A stretch of 64,000 nucleotides of DNA from Vicinamibacteria bacterium (GCA_963555995.3 OY821641.1:1248001-1312000), one strand, 5' to 3'. Counted from the first letter of the stretch, positions 35,719 through 45,932 are shown. Numbers and translations are program-made. Notes: a model not told the origin generated them from the letters alone.

Positions 35719-37872
35719 TCAGCCGACCCCGAGGTGGTGGAGGAGGAAGGCCCAGCGGTCGGCTTCGAGTTCGACGCGCATGGAGACGGGCATGCCGCCG
35801 CCGTGGCCGGCGCTCTTCTGGATGCGGATGAAGACGGGGTTGGGGCCGTCGCCGTGGACCTCCTGGATGCGGGCGGCGTACTTGAAGGAGTGGCCGGGGG
35901 CGACCCGGTCGTCGTGGTCGGCGGTGGTGACGAGCGTGGGCGGGAAGTCCTCGCTCGGCGCGACGTTGTGGTACGGCGAGTAGGCGCGCAGCACCTCGAA
36001 CATCTCGGGGTCGTCGGGGCTGCCGTAGTCGGAGGTCCAGGCCCAGCCGATGGTGAACTTGTGGAAGCGGAGCATGTCCATGACCCCGACCGCGGGGAGC
36101 GCCGCGCCGAAGAGTTCGGGGCGCTGGTTCAGGACCGCCCCGACGAGGAGGCCGCCGTTCGAGCCGCCGGCGATGGCGAGGCGGGACGGCTGGGTGACCG
36201 AGTCGTGGATCAGGAACTCGGCGGCGGCGATGAAGTCGTCGAAGACGTTCTGCTTGTTCTCCAGCATCCCGGCGCGGTGCCAGCTCTCGCCGTACTCGCC
36301 GCCGCCGCGCAGGTTCGCCTGCGCGTACACCCCGCCGCGTTCGAGGAAGACGAGGTTCGAGGGGTTGAAGCTCGGCCGCAGGCTGATGTTGAACCCGCCG
36401 TAGCCGTAGAGCAGGGTCGGGTTGTCGCCGTCCCGCGACATGTCCTTCCGGTGGGTGAGGAACATGGGGATCTGGGTGCCGTCCTCCGAGGCGAAGAACA
36501 CCTGGTTGGTCTCGTAGTCGTCGAAGTCGAAGGGGACCTCGGGGGCCCAGTGCGGCTCGGTTTCGCCCGAGGCGAGGTCGTAGCGATAGACCGAGGGCGG
36601 GAAGAGGAAGGAGGAGAAGGTGAAGTGGAGGACGTCGTCCTTGCGGGTCCCGCTCAACTGTCCGACCGAGCCGATGCCGGGTAGCGGCACGTCCCGTTCG
36701 AAGGCGCCGTCCATGGCGTGGACGGCGAGGCGGCTCTTCGCGTCGTCGAGGTAGCCGAGGACGAAGCGGTCCCCGACGATGCGCGCGGTGAGCAGGGTGT
36801 CCCCGGTCTCCGGGACGATCTCCAGCCAGTTGTCGGGATCGGGCCGCCGGATGTTGATCGCCACCACCCGGTAGCGCGGCGCGTCGTGGTCGGTCAGGAA
36901 GTAGAAGCGCTCGCCGTCGTTGCCGAGGAAGCCGTAGGAGGCGTCGAGCACGTCGAGGACGGGCACGATCTCGCCGTCGAAGCTCGGTGATGCCGGCCGC
37001 CCCAGATCCAGGACCTGGATGCCGTTCCGCTGGTCGGTGCCTTCCTGGATGTTGAAGACCGCGTAGCGGCCGTCGTCGGAAACCTGTGCGCCGACCAGCC
37101 GATTCGGGAACTCGGGGTTGGAATAGATCAGGGTGTCATTGTCCTGGGCGGTGCCGAGCGCGTGGTACCAGACGGTCTGGTTCACGTTGATGCCGCCCTG
37201 GGCGGCGTCGGGGTCCGGCTCGGGGTAGCGGCTGTAGAAGAAACCGCCGTTGTCGTGGGTCCAGGAAGCCCCGGAGAATTTGATCCAGCGGAGGTGGTCG
37301 TCGAGCTTTTCGCCGCTCGCGACCTCCATCACGTGGAACTCCCGCCAGTCGGAGCCGGCCTCACCGAGTCCGTAGGCGAGCAGCGCCCCGTCCTCGGTGA
37401 ACGCCGTCATGCCGACGCTCGTGGTGCCGTCCTCCGAGAGCTCGTTCGGGTCGAGGAGCACCTCCCAGCCGGTCGGGTCCTCGCCCGGCGACTCGATCCG
37501 GTAGAGGACGTCCTGGTCCTGGAGCCCGTCGTTCGCCCGCACGAACCACTGCTCGCCGAAGCGGAACGGGGCGCTCTGCCGCGCGTGGTCCTGGAGTTCG
37601 AGCAGGCGGGTGCGGATCGCCTCGCGCCCCGGCAGCGACCGCAGGTGGTCGAAGGTGACCTCGTTCTGGGCGTCCACCCATTCGAGGACCTCGGGGGCCT
37701 GGTCGTCCTCCAGCCAGCGGTAGGGATCTTCCACCGTGACCCCGTGGAGTTCCTCGGAGACGTCGTCCTTCCGGGTCTCCGGGTAGTCGTAGCCGCCACA
37801 GGCCGCGAGGGCCGCCGCCAGCGCGATCGCAGATCCTCGGAAGCAGATGGTGTGGAGTTCGGGTTGGCTCAT
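35719..37872 (-). CDS. Prolyl oligopeptidase (S9A), lipoprotein signal
   Basis: DPYRWLE, YGYGGF, GGSNGG, DHDDRV, AGHG; lipobox LAAC. Confidence 0.93.
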   Translation of the reverse strand: MSQPELHTICFRGSAIALAAALAACGGYDYPETRKDDVSEELHGVTVEDPYRWLEDDQAPEVLEWVDAQNEVTFDHLRSLPGREAIRTRLLELQDHARQSAPFRFGEQWFVRANDGLQDQDVLYRIESPGEDPTGWEVLLDPNELSEDGTTSVGMTAFTEDGALLAYGLGEAGSDWREFHVMEVASGEKLDDHLRWIKFSGASWTHDNGGFFYSRYPEPDPDAAQGGINVNQTVWYHALGTAQDNDTLIYSNPEFPNRLVGAQVSDDGRYAVFNIQEGTDQRNGIQVLDLGRPASPSFDGEIVPVLDVLDASYGFLGNDGERFYFLTDHDAPRYRVVAINIRRPDPDNWLEIVPETGDTLLTARIVGDRFVLGYLDDAKSRLAVHAMDGAFERDVPLPGIGSVGQLSGTRKDDVLHFTFSSFLFPPSVYRYDLASGETEPHWAPEVPFDFDDYETNQVFFASEDGTQIPMFLTHRKDMSRDGDNPTLLYGYGGFNISLRPSFNPSNLVFLERGGVYAQANLRGGGEYGESWHRAGMLENKQNVFDDFIAAAEFLIHDSVTQPSRLAIAGGSNGGLLVGAVLNQRPELFGAALPAVGVMDMLRFHKFTIGWAWTSDYGSPDDPEMFEVLRAYSPYHNVAPSEDFPPTLVTTADHDDRVAPGHSFKYAARIQEVHGDGPNPVFIRIQKSAGHGGGMPVSMRVELEADRWAFLLHHLGVG

Positions 37873-37934
37873 CGGTCTTGTTCCAAATCCTCCGTCGGCG
37901 GCAAGGGTACCCCTGGAGCGCCGGTCGGTCCTCC

Positions 37935-37958
37935 GGGAGCGCCGGTCTTCAGACCGGC
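37935..37958. repeat. REP hairpin
   Basis: GGGAGCGCCGGTCTTCAGACCGGC. Confidence 0.85.
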
Positions 37959-38086
37959 ATCGCTCCCCGACGGGGAGCGAACGTCCCATCGCCGATTTGC
38001 CGCATGGCGCAACGCCACGGCGTATGGCGCCCCTCGCGGAACGCTTGCGGCGAGCCTCGGGTCTGTTCCATCCTGTGCCCCTGACC

Positions 38087-38536
38087 ATGAGACGGACGGG
38101 ACTCGTGCTGCGAATCGGCTCCCGCGTCGCAATCGCGTCCGTCCTCCTCTGCCTTCCGGGATGCGGCGAGGATGCCGGTGTCCCGCGGTTGGCGCCTTCA
38201 CCCGCCGCTCCGAACCGCGCACCGGAAGCAACGAACCGGCGTCCCATTGCGGATGCCGGACCCACGCAGCGCGCCCGCGAAGGCGACACCGTTGTCCTGA
38301 ACGGCGCCGGGAGCCGGGACCCCGACGGGACGATCGTGAGTTACCGGTGGACACCGAGAGTCGGGAACGCGGTCACCGTGGTCCTCCAGAATCCCGAAAC
38401 CGCGACCCCCAGTTTCACCGTGCCGGATCTCGAGGAGGACACGACCTTCGTGTTCGACCTGGTGGTGACCGATGACCGCGGCGCTTCGTCGTCGGACGCG
38501 GCCGAGGTCTTCGTCACCACCTACGACGACATGTGA
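38087..38536 (+). CDS. PKD/Ig-like domain lipoprotein
   Basis: LPGC lipobox, NRRPIADAG, LNGAGSRDPDG, YRW, LVVTDDRG. Confidence 0.75.
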   Translation: MRRTGLVLRIGSRVAIASVLLCLPGCGEDAGVPRLAPSPAAPNRAPEATNRRPIADAGPTQRAREGDTVVLNGAGSRDPDGTIVSYRWTPRVGNAVTVVLQNPETATPSFTVPDLEEDTTFVFDLVVTDDRGASSSDAAEVFVTTYDDM

Positions 38537-38597
38537 CCCGCCGGACTCCTCGTTCAATGGGCAGTTCAATACACGATCAGCGCCTAGACTGGTACGG

Positions 38598-38921
38598 ATG
38601 CCTACCCGCGGGCCCGAACGGGTCAATGCCCGCAATTCGTGTGACTTCGCCGCTCCGGTAGAGGTGTGGACCGTCGCCGCAGCGAAGTCACGGCTCTCCG
38701 AGGTGCTGCGGCGAGCCAGCGAGGTGGGGCCGCAGCAGATCGGGGTGCAGCGGCCACACGTCGTCGTGCCGCTCGATCAGTGGCTCGCCCGCGTGGAGCC
38801 CGAACGCGACTTCGGGCCGTGGCTGGTCGAGAACGCCCCGCGCGGTTGTGAGATCGAGCTCCCGAGCCGCGAGGACGGCGACCGGGAGATTCCTTTCGCG
38901 GATTCGGCTGGCGGGGGATGA
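38598..38921 (+). CDS. Phd/YefM-family antitoxin (orphan)
   Basis: WTVAAAKSRLSEVLRRA..GPQQI; start uncertain. Confidence 0.7.
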   Translation: MPTRGPERVNARNSCDFAAPVEVWTVAAAKSRLSEVLRRASEVGPQQIGVQRPHVVVPLDQWLARVEPERDFGPWLVENAPRGCEIELPSREDGDREIPFADSAGGG

Positions 38922-38949
38922 CGCCGTCGCCGGGTAAGCCGGTGCTGAT

Positions 38950-39204
38950 TCACCGGTACGCCCGACTCCGGTGTAGGACCGACTCGATACGAATCGTCTC
39001 GGCGTCGCGGTCGAACTGAAACAGGACGCGCCAATCGCCTACCCGAAGGCGCCAGCGGCGCTCCTGGCCCTTCAGCCGCAGAACGTCGCCAAAGCCGGTC
39101 TGGGCAAGCGCATCAATCGCGGTCAGTGCTCTCTTCCGAGCGGCCCCGTCGAGCCGCCGCAGATCTCGTTGCGCCCGGCCCGAAAACTCGACCGCCCAGA
39201 TCAG
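38950..39204 (-). CDS. RelE/StbE-family toxin (absent from the ORF track)
   Basis: (CTG)IWAVEFSGRAQRDLRRLDGAARKRALTAIDALAQTGFGDVLRLKGQERRWRLRVGDWRVLFQFDRDAETIRIESVLHRSRAYR*. Confidence 0.82.
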   Translation of the reverse strand: MIWAVEFSGRAQRDLRRLDGAARKRALTAIDALAQTGFGDVLRLKGQERRWRLRVGDWRVLFQFDRDAETIRIESVLHRSRAYR

Positions 39205-39446
39205 GCTCCGAACTCCCGCTTGATTTCTTCCCGAGTAAAGGTGTGTCCGGTCCTGAAGTCCTCAATCCCTTCCTGAAGTGCCTGAAATCCTTCCTCGCTC
39301 AGTTCTTCCGTCTCCTCCGGAAGGTTGAGCAGGCGTTCGTAAGCGGCCCGCTGCGCCGCGGCGCGCCGGCTCTCCGGGGACCGCGCGTCGCCGACGTCCG
39401 TCCCTTCGGTGACCGGCAGTTCCGGAAGGGCAGTCTTTACGGCCAT
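39201..39446 (-). CDS. Antitoxin cognate to the RelE toxin
   Basis: Acidic C-terminus EELSEEGFQALQEGIEDFRTGHTFTREEIKREFGA; overlaps the toxin start. Confidence 0.72.
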   Translation of the reverse strand: MAVKTALPELPVTEGTDVGDARSPESRRAAAQRAAYERLLNLPEETEELSEEGFQALQEGIEDFRTGHTFTREEIKREFGA

Positions 39447-39474
39447 GTCTGGATGGTAGCAGTGCCCGGATAAA

Positions 39475-42400
39475 TCAGCGCCGCCCGCCCGGTGGGTTGT
39501 CGGCCACCCAGAAGCGGTCGGGGGCCGAGCGTTCCACGGGCCAGAGCTGGGCCATGGTGTTGGCGTCGAAGAGCTCGCCGTTCCGCATCACGAAGCGGAC
39601 CGAGTTCGTGTTGCGGATGTCCGCGAGCGGGTCGGCGTCGAGGATCTGGATGTCGGCCAGCTTGCCGGCTTCGAGCGTGCCCAGGTCCTCGGGGAACCCG
39701 ATGGCCTCCGCGCCGAAGAAGGTGGAAGCGATCAGGGTCTCGTGCTCGGTGAGTCCGCCGGACTGCATTGCCCAGATCTCCCAGTGGGCGCCGAGGCCCT
39801 GGAGCTGGCCGTGGCTGCCGAGGGCGCAGCGTCCGCCCGCCCGCATGACCTTGGTGCAGCCGTCGGCGATCCCTTCGTGCACGTATTCCTCGGGGAGGAA
39901 CCACTGGCCGCGGCGGCGGACCATGTTGTCGAGGATGGCGGCCGGGATGAAGCGGGCCAGCTTCTCGTCGCCGACCACGTCGGTGTTCTGGAAGTAGTAG
40001 TTCTCGCTCCACGGTCCGCCGTAGGCGACGAGGATCGTCGGCGTGTAGTAGGTGTCGGTGCGCGCCACGTACTGCGCCACGTCGTCGTAGATCGGGACGA
40101 TGGGCAGGCTGTGCTCGTGGCCGGAGTAGCCGTCGGCCATCTGGGTCAGGTTGAGCTTGAGATCGAGGGCGCCCTCGGTGGTGGGGATGAGCCGGTGCTT
40201 CAGGGAAGCCATCGCGACCCACTGGCGGACGATGCGGTCGCCGACGACGTACTGTTTGATGGTGACGGCGTCGTACGCCTCGGCGTAGCGCTTCAGGAAG
40301 TCGTCGGCGGCGTCCGCGTCGTACACCCCGGAGCGCGAGAAGATGCCGGGGCCGGTGGCGTAGATCCGGGGGGCGAGGATGCGGCCGATCTCCTGGAGGT
40401 CGCGGTAGGCGAACACGTCGGCGGTGGAGGTCTGGGGGTCGCGGGTGGTGGTGACCCCGTAGGCCAGGTTCGCGAGGTGCTGGAATACCTGGCGCTGGTG
40501 GACGCCGCGCGGCGCCCACATGTGGGCGTGGGCGTCCACGTAGCCCGGCATCACGGTCTTCCCGGAGACGTCGAAGACGCGGGCGCCCTCGGGGGCGTCG
40601 AGGTCCGCGCCCACGGCGGCGATCCGGTTGTCCTCGACGAGCACGTCGCCGCCCTCGATGATCTCCTCGCCGTTCATGGTGAGGACCCGCGCGGCGTCCT
40701 TGAGGAGGATGGTTCCGCTCGGACGGGCGCGCGGCTCGGTCACCACCGCGTCGAAGGTGTCCGGCGCGAGATCGTCGTCACCGCCGATGGCAGCGGCGTC
40801 CTGCCGGTAGATGCGGTTCCCGAGCGACCAGACCACCGCGTCGCCCGCGGCGGACCACGCGAGGTGGTCGCCGCCCTCGGGCGCGACTTCCCGCACCGGG
40901 GTCGGGGTGTCCCCGCCGCCCACCTTGATCTCGAGGGTGTTTTTCCCGAAGGCCGGGACCTCGACAAGGTAGTGGCGGTTCTGGAGTTCGAAGAAGGCGC
41001 GGTCGCCGTTCGGGGAGAGCATGATCTGGCCGGCGGGCGGCGGGTTCGCTCCCGCGCCGCGGCCGGTGACCTTGAGGTGCGTCTTCCGGTCGCTGCCGTC
41101 GAGTTGCAGCGAGTAGAGCCCCGCGCTCGACCCGGTGAGGTACACCCGCTCCGGGTCGTTCGTGAAGTGGGGGAAGCGTCCCCCCTCCGCGGGGCCGATG
41201 ACGGTCAGGTCGCCGCCCGTGGCCGGGACCAGCAGCAGCTCGCTGAGTTCGGCCGGCCGCATCCCGCCGATCTCGTCCTCGTCGGCGTAGAGATCGGTCT
41301 TTCCCCAGCTTTCCCGGAGGAAGGAGTAGAGGTGCTCCTTGACCGGGGCGCGCCGGATCACGATGGCGTCGCCGGCGGGGTTCCAGGCCGGCTCGGCGTA
41401 GAACGCCGGGTCCGTGGTCAGCGCCGTGCCCGAGCCGCCGGCGGCCGGGACCGTCTTGAGGTGCCCGCCGGTGCTCGACCAGGTCACGTAGGCGATGGAG
41501 TTCCCGTCCGGCGACCAGGCGGGCATGAACTCGTCCTCGTCGGAATCGGTCAGGCGGGCCGGGGTTCCGCCCGGGAGGTCCATCCGGTAGAGGCGGCTGA
41601 ACGCCGAGAAGACGACGGCGCTTCCGTCCGGGGCGATCCGGGGCCAGCGGATGATCCGGGCGGTGACCGTCGGCCCGTCGTCCACGCGGCGGGGGAAGTA
41701 GAGGCGGGGCGCGACAGCGGCCTCCACCTGCGCCTCGAAGGGGATCGGGGTCATGGCGCCGGTCTCGAAATCAATCCGGCGGAAGCCGCCGTCCACCGTG
41801 GCGATCAGCGCCGCGCCGTCCGGGGTGAAGGCGTAGCCGGGCATGGTGTCCCGGCTGGCGCGGGACTCCTGGTCGTCGCGGGTGACCCCGTTCGCCAGCC
41901 AGCGCTCTGCGCCGGTGGTGAGGTCGCGGACCCGGAGCGCCGTCCGGGTGCGGTGGCGGGTGGCGTACACCAGGTGGCGGCCGTCCGGGTGGAGCAGCGG
42001 GCGCATCGCGCTGCCGGGGGCGCTCGTGATGGTGGTCTCCTCGCCGGTCTCCCGGTCGAAGCGGACCACCTGCCAGATCGGGAACTGCGCGTTGTAGTTG
42101 AAGGTGCCGCGCCGCTCGGAGACATAGACGTAGCGGCCGTCCGCCGAGGCGACCGCGCCCAGCCGGTTCGGCGGCTGCGAGCCGGGCACGCCGGGGGTCG
42201 GCTCGGGCGGCTTGTCGCCGAGGCGGACGCCGGTCCCGCCGTCCCGGTGGATCAGGAAGACGGCGGCGGTGCGCTCCGGTGGGCGGGACTTCGAGACGAG
42301 GAGGTAGTTCCCGTCGGCGGTCCAGCTCGGCGAGACCATGAGCTGCGGACGGTCGCGGGTCGGGCCGTCCTTGGTCACCGCTCGGGGCCCGCTGCCGTCG

Positions 42401-42786
42401 GCGTTCGCGATCCAGAGGTTCTCGACCCCGGTACGGTCGCTCAGGAAGGCGATCTCGCTCCCGTCCGGGGAGAAGACCGGCTGGCTCTCGAACGAGATGT
42501 CTCCCATGATCCGGGTGGCCGTCCCGCCGGCGATCGGCAGCGTGTAGAGGTCGCCGAGCAGCTCGAAGACGATCGTCTGCCCGTCCGGCGAGACGTCGAG
42601 GGACATCCAGGTGCCTTCGGTGACGGTGAAGGACAGGGTGTCGGTGGCGGCCAGCGGCAGCCCCTCGTCCTTCGCTTCGGCTTCGTCGGCGTCCTGGAAG
42701 GCCCATCCGGACGGCGGCGGGACGAGGCCCGCGGCAAACAACAAGGGCAACAAACGGAATCGCACGCGCTCTACCTCCGGCTGCAA
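39475..42786 (-). CDS. Secreted amidohydrolase with N-terminal PD40/TolB-like repeats
   Basis: EGTWMSLDVSPDG, PVFSPDG repeats; MPGYVDAHAH, GHEH, GSHGQ, GKLADI. Confidence 0.88.
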   Translation of the reverse strand: MQPEVERVRFRLLPLLFAAGLVPPPSGWAFQDADEAEAKDEGLPLAATDTLSFTVTEGTWMSLDVSPDGQTIVFELLGDLYTLPIAGGTATRIMGDISFESQPVFSPDGSEIAFLSDRTGVENLWIANADGSGPRAVTKDGPTRDRPQLMVSPSWTADGNYLLVSKSRPPERTAAVFLIHRDGGTGVRLGDKPPEPTPGVPGSQPPNRLGAVASADGRYVYVSERRGTFNYNAQFPIWQVVRFDRETGEETTITSAPGSAMRPLLHPDGRHLVYATRHRTRTALRVRDLTTGAERWLANGVTRDDQESRASRDTMPGYAFTPDGAALIATVDGGFRRIDFETGAMTPIPFEAQVEAAVAPRLYFPRRVDDGPTVTARIIRWPRIAPDGSAVVFSAFSRLYRMDLPGGTPARLTDSDEDEFMPAWSPDGNSIAYVTWSSTGGHLKTVPAAGGSGTALTTDPAFYAEPAWNPAGDAIVIRRAPVKEHLYSFLRESWGKTDLYADEDEIGGMRPAELSELLLVPATGGDLTVIGPAEGGRFPHFTNDPERVYLTGSSAGLYSLQLDGSDRKTHLKVTGRGAGANPPPAGQIMLSPNGDRAFFELQNRHYLVEVPAFGKNTLEIKVGGGDTPTPVREVAPEGGDHLAWSAAGDAVVWSLGNRIYRQDAAAIGGDDDLAPDTFDAVVTEPRARPSGTILLKDAARVLTMNGEEIIEGGDVLVEDNRIAAVGADLDAPEGARVFDVSGKTVMPGYVDAHAHMWAPRGVHQRQVFQHLANLAYGVTTTRDPQTSTADVFAYRDLQEIGRILAPRIYATGPGIFSRSGVYDADAADDFLKRYAEAYDAVTIKQYVVGDRIVRQWVAMASLKHRLIPTTEGALDLKLNLTQMADGYSGHEHSLPIVPIYDDVAQYVARTDTYYTPTILVAYGGPWSENYYFQNTDVVGDEKLARFIPAAILDNMVRRRGQWFLPEEYVHEGIADGCTKVMRAGGRCALGSHGQLQGLGAHWEIWAMQSGGLTEHETLIASTFFGAEAIGFPEDLGTLEAGKLADIQILDADPLADIRNTNSVRFVMRNGELFDANTMAQLWPVERSAPDRFWVADNPPGGRR

Positions 42787-42889
42787 CGCAGCCCGCCGAT
42801 TCTACGGGCGGGGCGCGGGGGCCCAGGAAGGGCCGGTGGGAGGCGCCCCGATCCGGGCCACGGTGGCGCGGCGCTCTGCCGGCCAGCGT

Positions 42890-43071
42890 TCAGGAATCCG
42901 GGGGCGAGCCGGCTCCGCCGGAGTTCGCCGGACGGCCGGACGCGGGCTGGGCGTCGTCGCGCTCCGCGAGCCCCAGGAACCCCTCGATCCGGGCGACGCG
43001 GCGGTCGAGGTCGTCGAGCCGCTCTTCGATCCGGTCCATGCGGGCCTCGATCCGGTCCATGCGGGCGTTTG
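42890..43071 (-). CDS. Small coiled-coil hypothetical protein or remnant (start uncertain)
   Basis: ARMDRIEARMDRIEERLDDLDRRVARIEGFLG heptad repeat. Confidence 0.35.
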
Positions 43072-43225
43072 CCGTGGAAATGTGTTGCCGGCGAGACGTC
43101 AGCCAGCGCCCATGGCGCCGGTGTTCCTGGCCGGCGCGTCGCCGGCTCTGCTGAGCTCGACGCCGAGGTGGGAGACGCATTTGCCGGGTGGCGTTGCGCC
43201 GTGCGCAGCGCGGAGCGCTGCGCGT

Positions 43226-43249
43226 GCCGGTCTGGAGACCGGCGTTCCA
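43226..43249. repeat. REP hairpin variant
   Basis: GCCGGTCTGGAGACCGGCGTTCCA. Confidence 0.8.
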
Positions 43250-43302
43250 GGGCGGTGCGGCAGGGGGCGGAACGTCGTTGCCCCCTGGAGGCTGGGGTTT
43301 CC

Positions 43303-44946
43303 TTATGCCGTGGTTACCGCGCCGCGGCTTGCGGAGGAGACGGTGCGGGCGTACTTGGCGAGCGCGCCGACCCGGAACTCGGACTCCGGTGGGGTCGCCA
43401 CGCGCGATTCCGCATCGGTCATGTCCACGTCGAGTCTGCGTGATTCCAGGTCGATGGTGATGGCGTCGCCGTCGCGGACCAGCCCGATGGGGCCGCCGGC
43501 GGCGGCCTCGGGGGCGATGTGACCGATCATGAAGCCGTAGGTGGCGCCGCTGAAGCGGCCGTCGGTGATGAGCGCCACGCTGTCGCCCAGGCCGCGCCCG
43601 ATGACCGCGGCGGTGACGCCGAGCATCTCCCGCATGCCGGGTCCTCCCTGCGGACCCTCGTAGCGGATCACGATGACGTCTCCCGGCCGGATGCGGCCCT
43701 CCTGGACGGCGGCGAACGCCGTCTCCTCCGAATCGAAGACCCGCGCCGGCCCCTCGTGCCGCGTCTTGCTGTGTCCGGCCAGCTTCAGGACGCAGCCTTC
43801 CGGAGCGAGGCTGCCGGTGAGGATGGCGAGACCTCCGCGCGCCTTGACCGGCCGGGCCGCCGGGCGGATGACCTCCTGTCCCGTGCGCTCCGTGGCCGCG
43901 TCGGCCAGATCGTGGAGCGAGGCGCCCGAGACGGTGGGGGTGTCCGCGACCAGCCCGAGCTCGCGGAGCCGGCTGGCGAGGAGGCGCATGCCCCCGGCGG
44001 CCTCCATGTCGGGCGCGGTGAACCGGCCCCCGGGTTTCAGGTCGGTGAGGACGGGCGTGCCGGCCCCGATCTCGTCGAGGTCCGCGAGGGTCAGTTCGCT
44101 TCCCGCTTCGTGGGCGATGGCGAGCAGGTGGAGCACCGCGTTCGTGGAGCCGGCGGTGGCCGACACCGACACGTAGGCGTTCCGGAGGGCTTCCCGCGAG
44201 AGGAAGTGCCGCGCCGTCCGCCCTTCGCGCAGCAGTTCCATGACGCGCTTCCCCACCCGCCGCGCCACCTGCGGCTTCCGCGGGTCGGTGGCGGGAATCT
44301 CGTTGCCCACCATGGGGGAGATCCCGAGGAACGCGGTGGCCACCGACATGGTGTTGGCGGTGAACTGGCCGCCGCAGGCCCCGGCGCCGGGGCAGGCGAC
44401 GCCCTCGAGTTCGTGTAGCTCTTCGTCGCTCATCCGGCCGGCGGCGTGGGCGCCCACCGCCTCGAAGACGTCCTGGATCGTCACGTCCTGTCCGCGAAAG
44501 CGCCCCGGCGCGATGGAGCCGCCGTAGAGCATGAGCGAGGGCAGGTCCAGCCGGGCGAGCGCCATGACCGTTCCCGGGATGGTCTTGTCGCAGCCGGAGA
44601 TCGCCACCACGCCGTCGAGCAGGTGGCCGCGCGCCACGAGCTCGATGGAGTCCGCCACCACCTCGCGGGAGACGAGCGATGCGCGCATCCCGGACGACCC
44701 CATCGCGATCCCGTCCGTGACCACGATGGTGTTGAACTCGAGCGGGGTGCCTCCGGCTTCGCGGACCCCGATCTTGACCTGCTCCGCCAGTTCCCGGAGG
44801 TGGGCGTTGCAGGGGGTGATCTCGGTCCAGGTGTTGGCGATGCCGATCAGCGGCCGGGAAAGCGCCTCGTCGGTGAGGCCGACCGCCTTCCACATGGCGC
44901 GGGCGGGGGCGCGGCTCGGGCCGCTCTTGATCTCGTCGCTTCGCAT
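43303..44946 (-). CDS. ilvD: Dihydroxy-acid dehydratase
   Basis: PCNAHL, GCDKT, GACGGQFTANTM, YEGPQGGPGMREM, TDGRFSG, GHIAPEA. Confidence 0.96.
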   Translation of the reverse strand: MRSDEIKSGPSRAPARAMWKAVGLTDEALSRPLIGIANTWTEITPCNAHLRELAEQVKIGVREAGGTPLEFNTIVVTDGIAMGSSGMRASLVSREVVADSIELVARGHLLDGVVAISGCDKTIPGTVMALARLDLPSLMLYGGSIAPGRFRGQDVTIQDVFEAVGAHAAGRMSDEELHELEGVACPGAGACGGQFTANTMSVATAFLGISPMVGNEIPATDPRKPQVARRVGKRVMELLREGRTARHFLSREALRNAYVSVSATAGSTNAVLHLLAIAHEAGSELTLADLDEIGAGTPVLTDLKPGGRFTAPDMEAAGGMRLLASRLRELGLVADTPTVSGASLHDLADAATERTGQEVIRPAARPVKARGGLAILTGSLAPEGCVLKLAGHSKTRHEGPARVFDSEETAFAAVQEGRIRPGDVIVIRYEGPQGGPGMREMLGVTAAVIGRGLGDSVALITDGRFSGATYGFMIGHIAPEAAAGGPIGLVRDGDAITIDLESRRLDVDMTDAESRVATPPESEFRVGALAKYARTVSSASRGAVTTA

Positions 44947-45008
44947 GGGGCGCTCCTGACGCCGGAGGACGGTGGGGCTCCGGCGGGCGGCTACTCTCTC
45001 ACGAACCG

Positions 45009-45932
45009 GTGCCGAAACAGCCGCCCGAACCTTCCCGCTTCCTCATCTTCGGCGCGGGCGCGGTCGGCAGCGTCTTCGCCGCCCGCCTGGCGGTGCGCCA
45101 CCCGGTGGCGGTGGTGGCGCGCGGCGCGCGGCTGGCGCAGATCGCGCGCGACGGAATCCGGGTGGAGGGAGAGACCGAAGCGGCGATCCGCCCGCCCGCC
45201 GCGCCCCTGGCCCGGGAGCTTGCGGATTTCCGGCCCGACTACGTGCTGGTCACCGTGAAGGCGCATGCCACCCGGAGGGCGGCCCCCTCGCTCGAACCGC
45301 TGGGCCGCCGGCCGGTGCGGGTCTCGCTGCAGAACGGGCTGGGGAACGAGGAGGCGCTGGCGGCCGGGGGGTACCCGGTGATCGCCGCCGTCTCCAACAA
45401 CGGGGCGACGCTGCGGGAGTCCGGGCGGGTGTTCCACGCCGGGCTCGGCGAGGTCATCCTGAGCGGGTTCGAGGCCGTCTCCGATCCACAGGTGGGCCGG
45501 CTCGCCCGGCGCCTGTCGGACGCCGGTTTTCCGGTGGAGCGGGTTCCGGACATCCGGAAGCCGCTGTGGGACAAGACGATCCTGAACGCCGCGGTCAATC
45601 CCGTGACCGCGCTGCTGGGTCTCCGCACCGGCCAGTTGCTCCGGGACCCCGGCACCGAACGCCTCCTCCGGATGCTGGTCCGGGAGGCGGTCGCCGTGGC
45701 GAGCGCCGAAGGCGTCACCACCTCGGAGAGCGAAGTCTGGGACCTGATCCGGCGGATCGTGGCCCGGACCGCGGGAAACAAGACGAGCATGTTGCAGGAC
45801 CTCGAGCGCGGGGCGCCCACGGAGGTCGAGGCGATGAACGGCGCGATCGTCGCCCGCGGCGCGAAACACGGCATCGAGACCCCCTGGAACCGGCTCATGT
45901 TCCGCCTCGTCCGCGCCCGCGAGCGGGGGTGA
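45009..45932 (+). CDS. panE: 2-dehydropantoate 2-reductase
   Basis: GAGAVG, VTVKA, LQNGLG, WDK, NAAVNPVTAL, TSMLQD, TEVEAMNG. Confidence 0.92.
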   Translation: MPKQPPEPSRFLIFGAGAVGSVFAARLAVRHPVAVVARGARLAQIARDGIRVEGETEAAIRPPAAPLARELADFRPDYVLVTVKAHATRRAAPSLEPLGRRPVRVSLQNGLGNEEALAAGGYPVIAAVSNNGATLRESGRVFHAGLGEVILSGFEAVSDPQVGRLARRLSDAGFPVERVPDIRKPLWDKTILNAAVNPVTALLGLRTGQLLRDPGTERLLRMLVREAVAVASAEGVTTSESEVWDLIRRIVARTAGNKTSMLQDLERGAPTEVEAMNGAIVARGAKHGIETPWNRLMFRLVRARERG

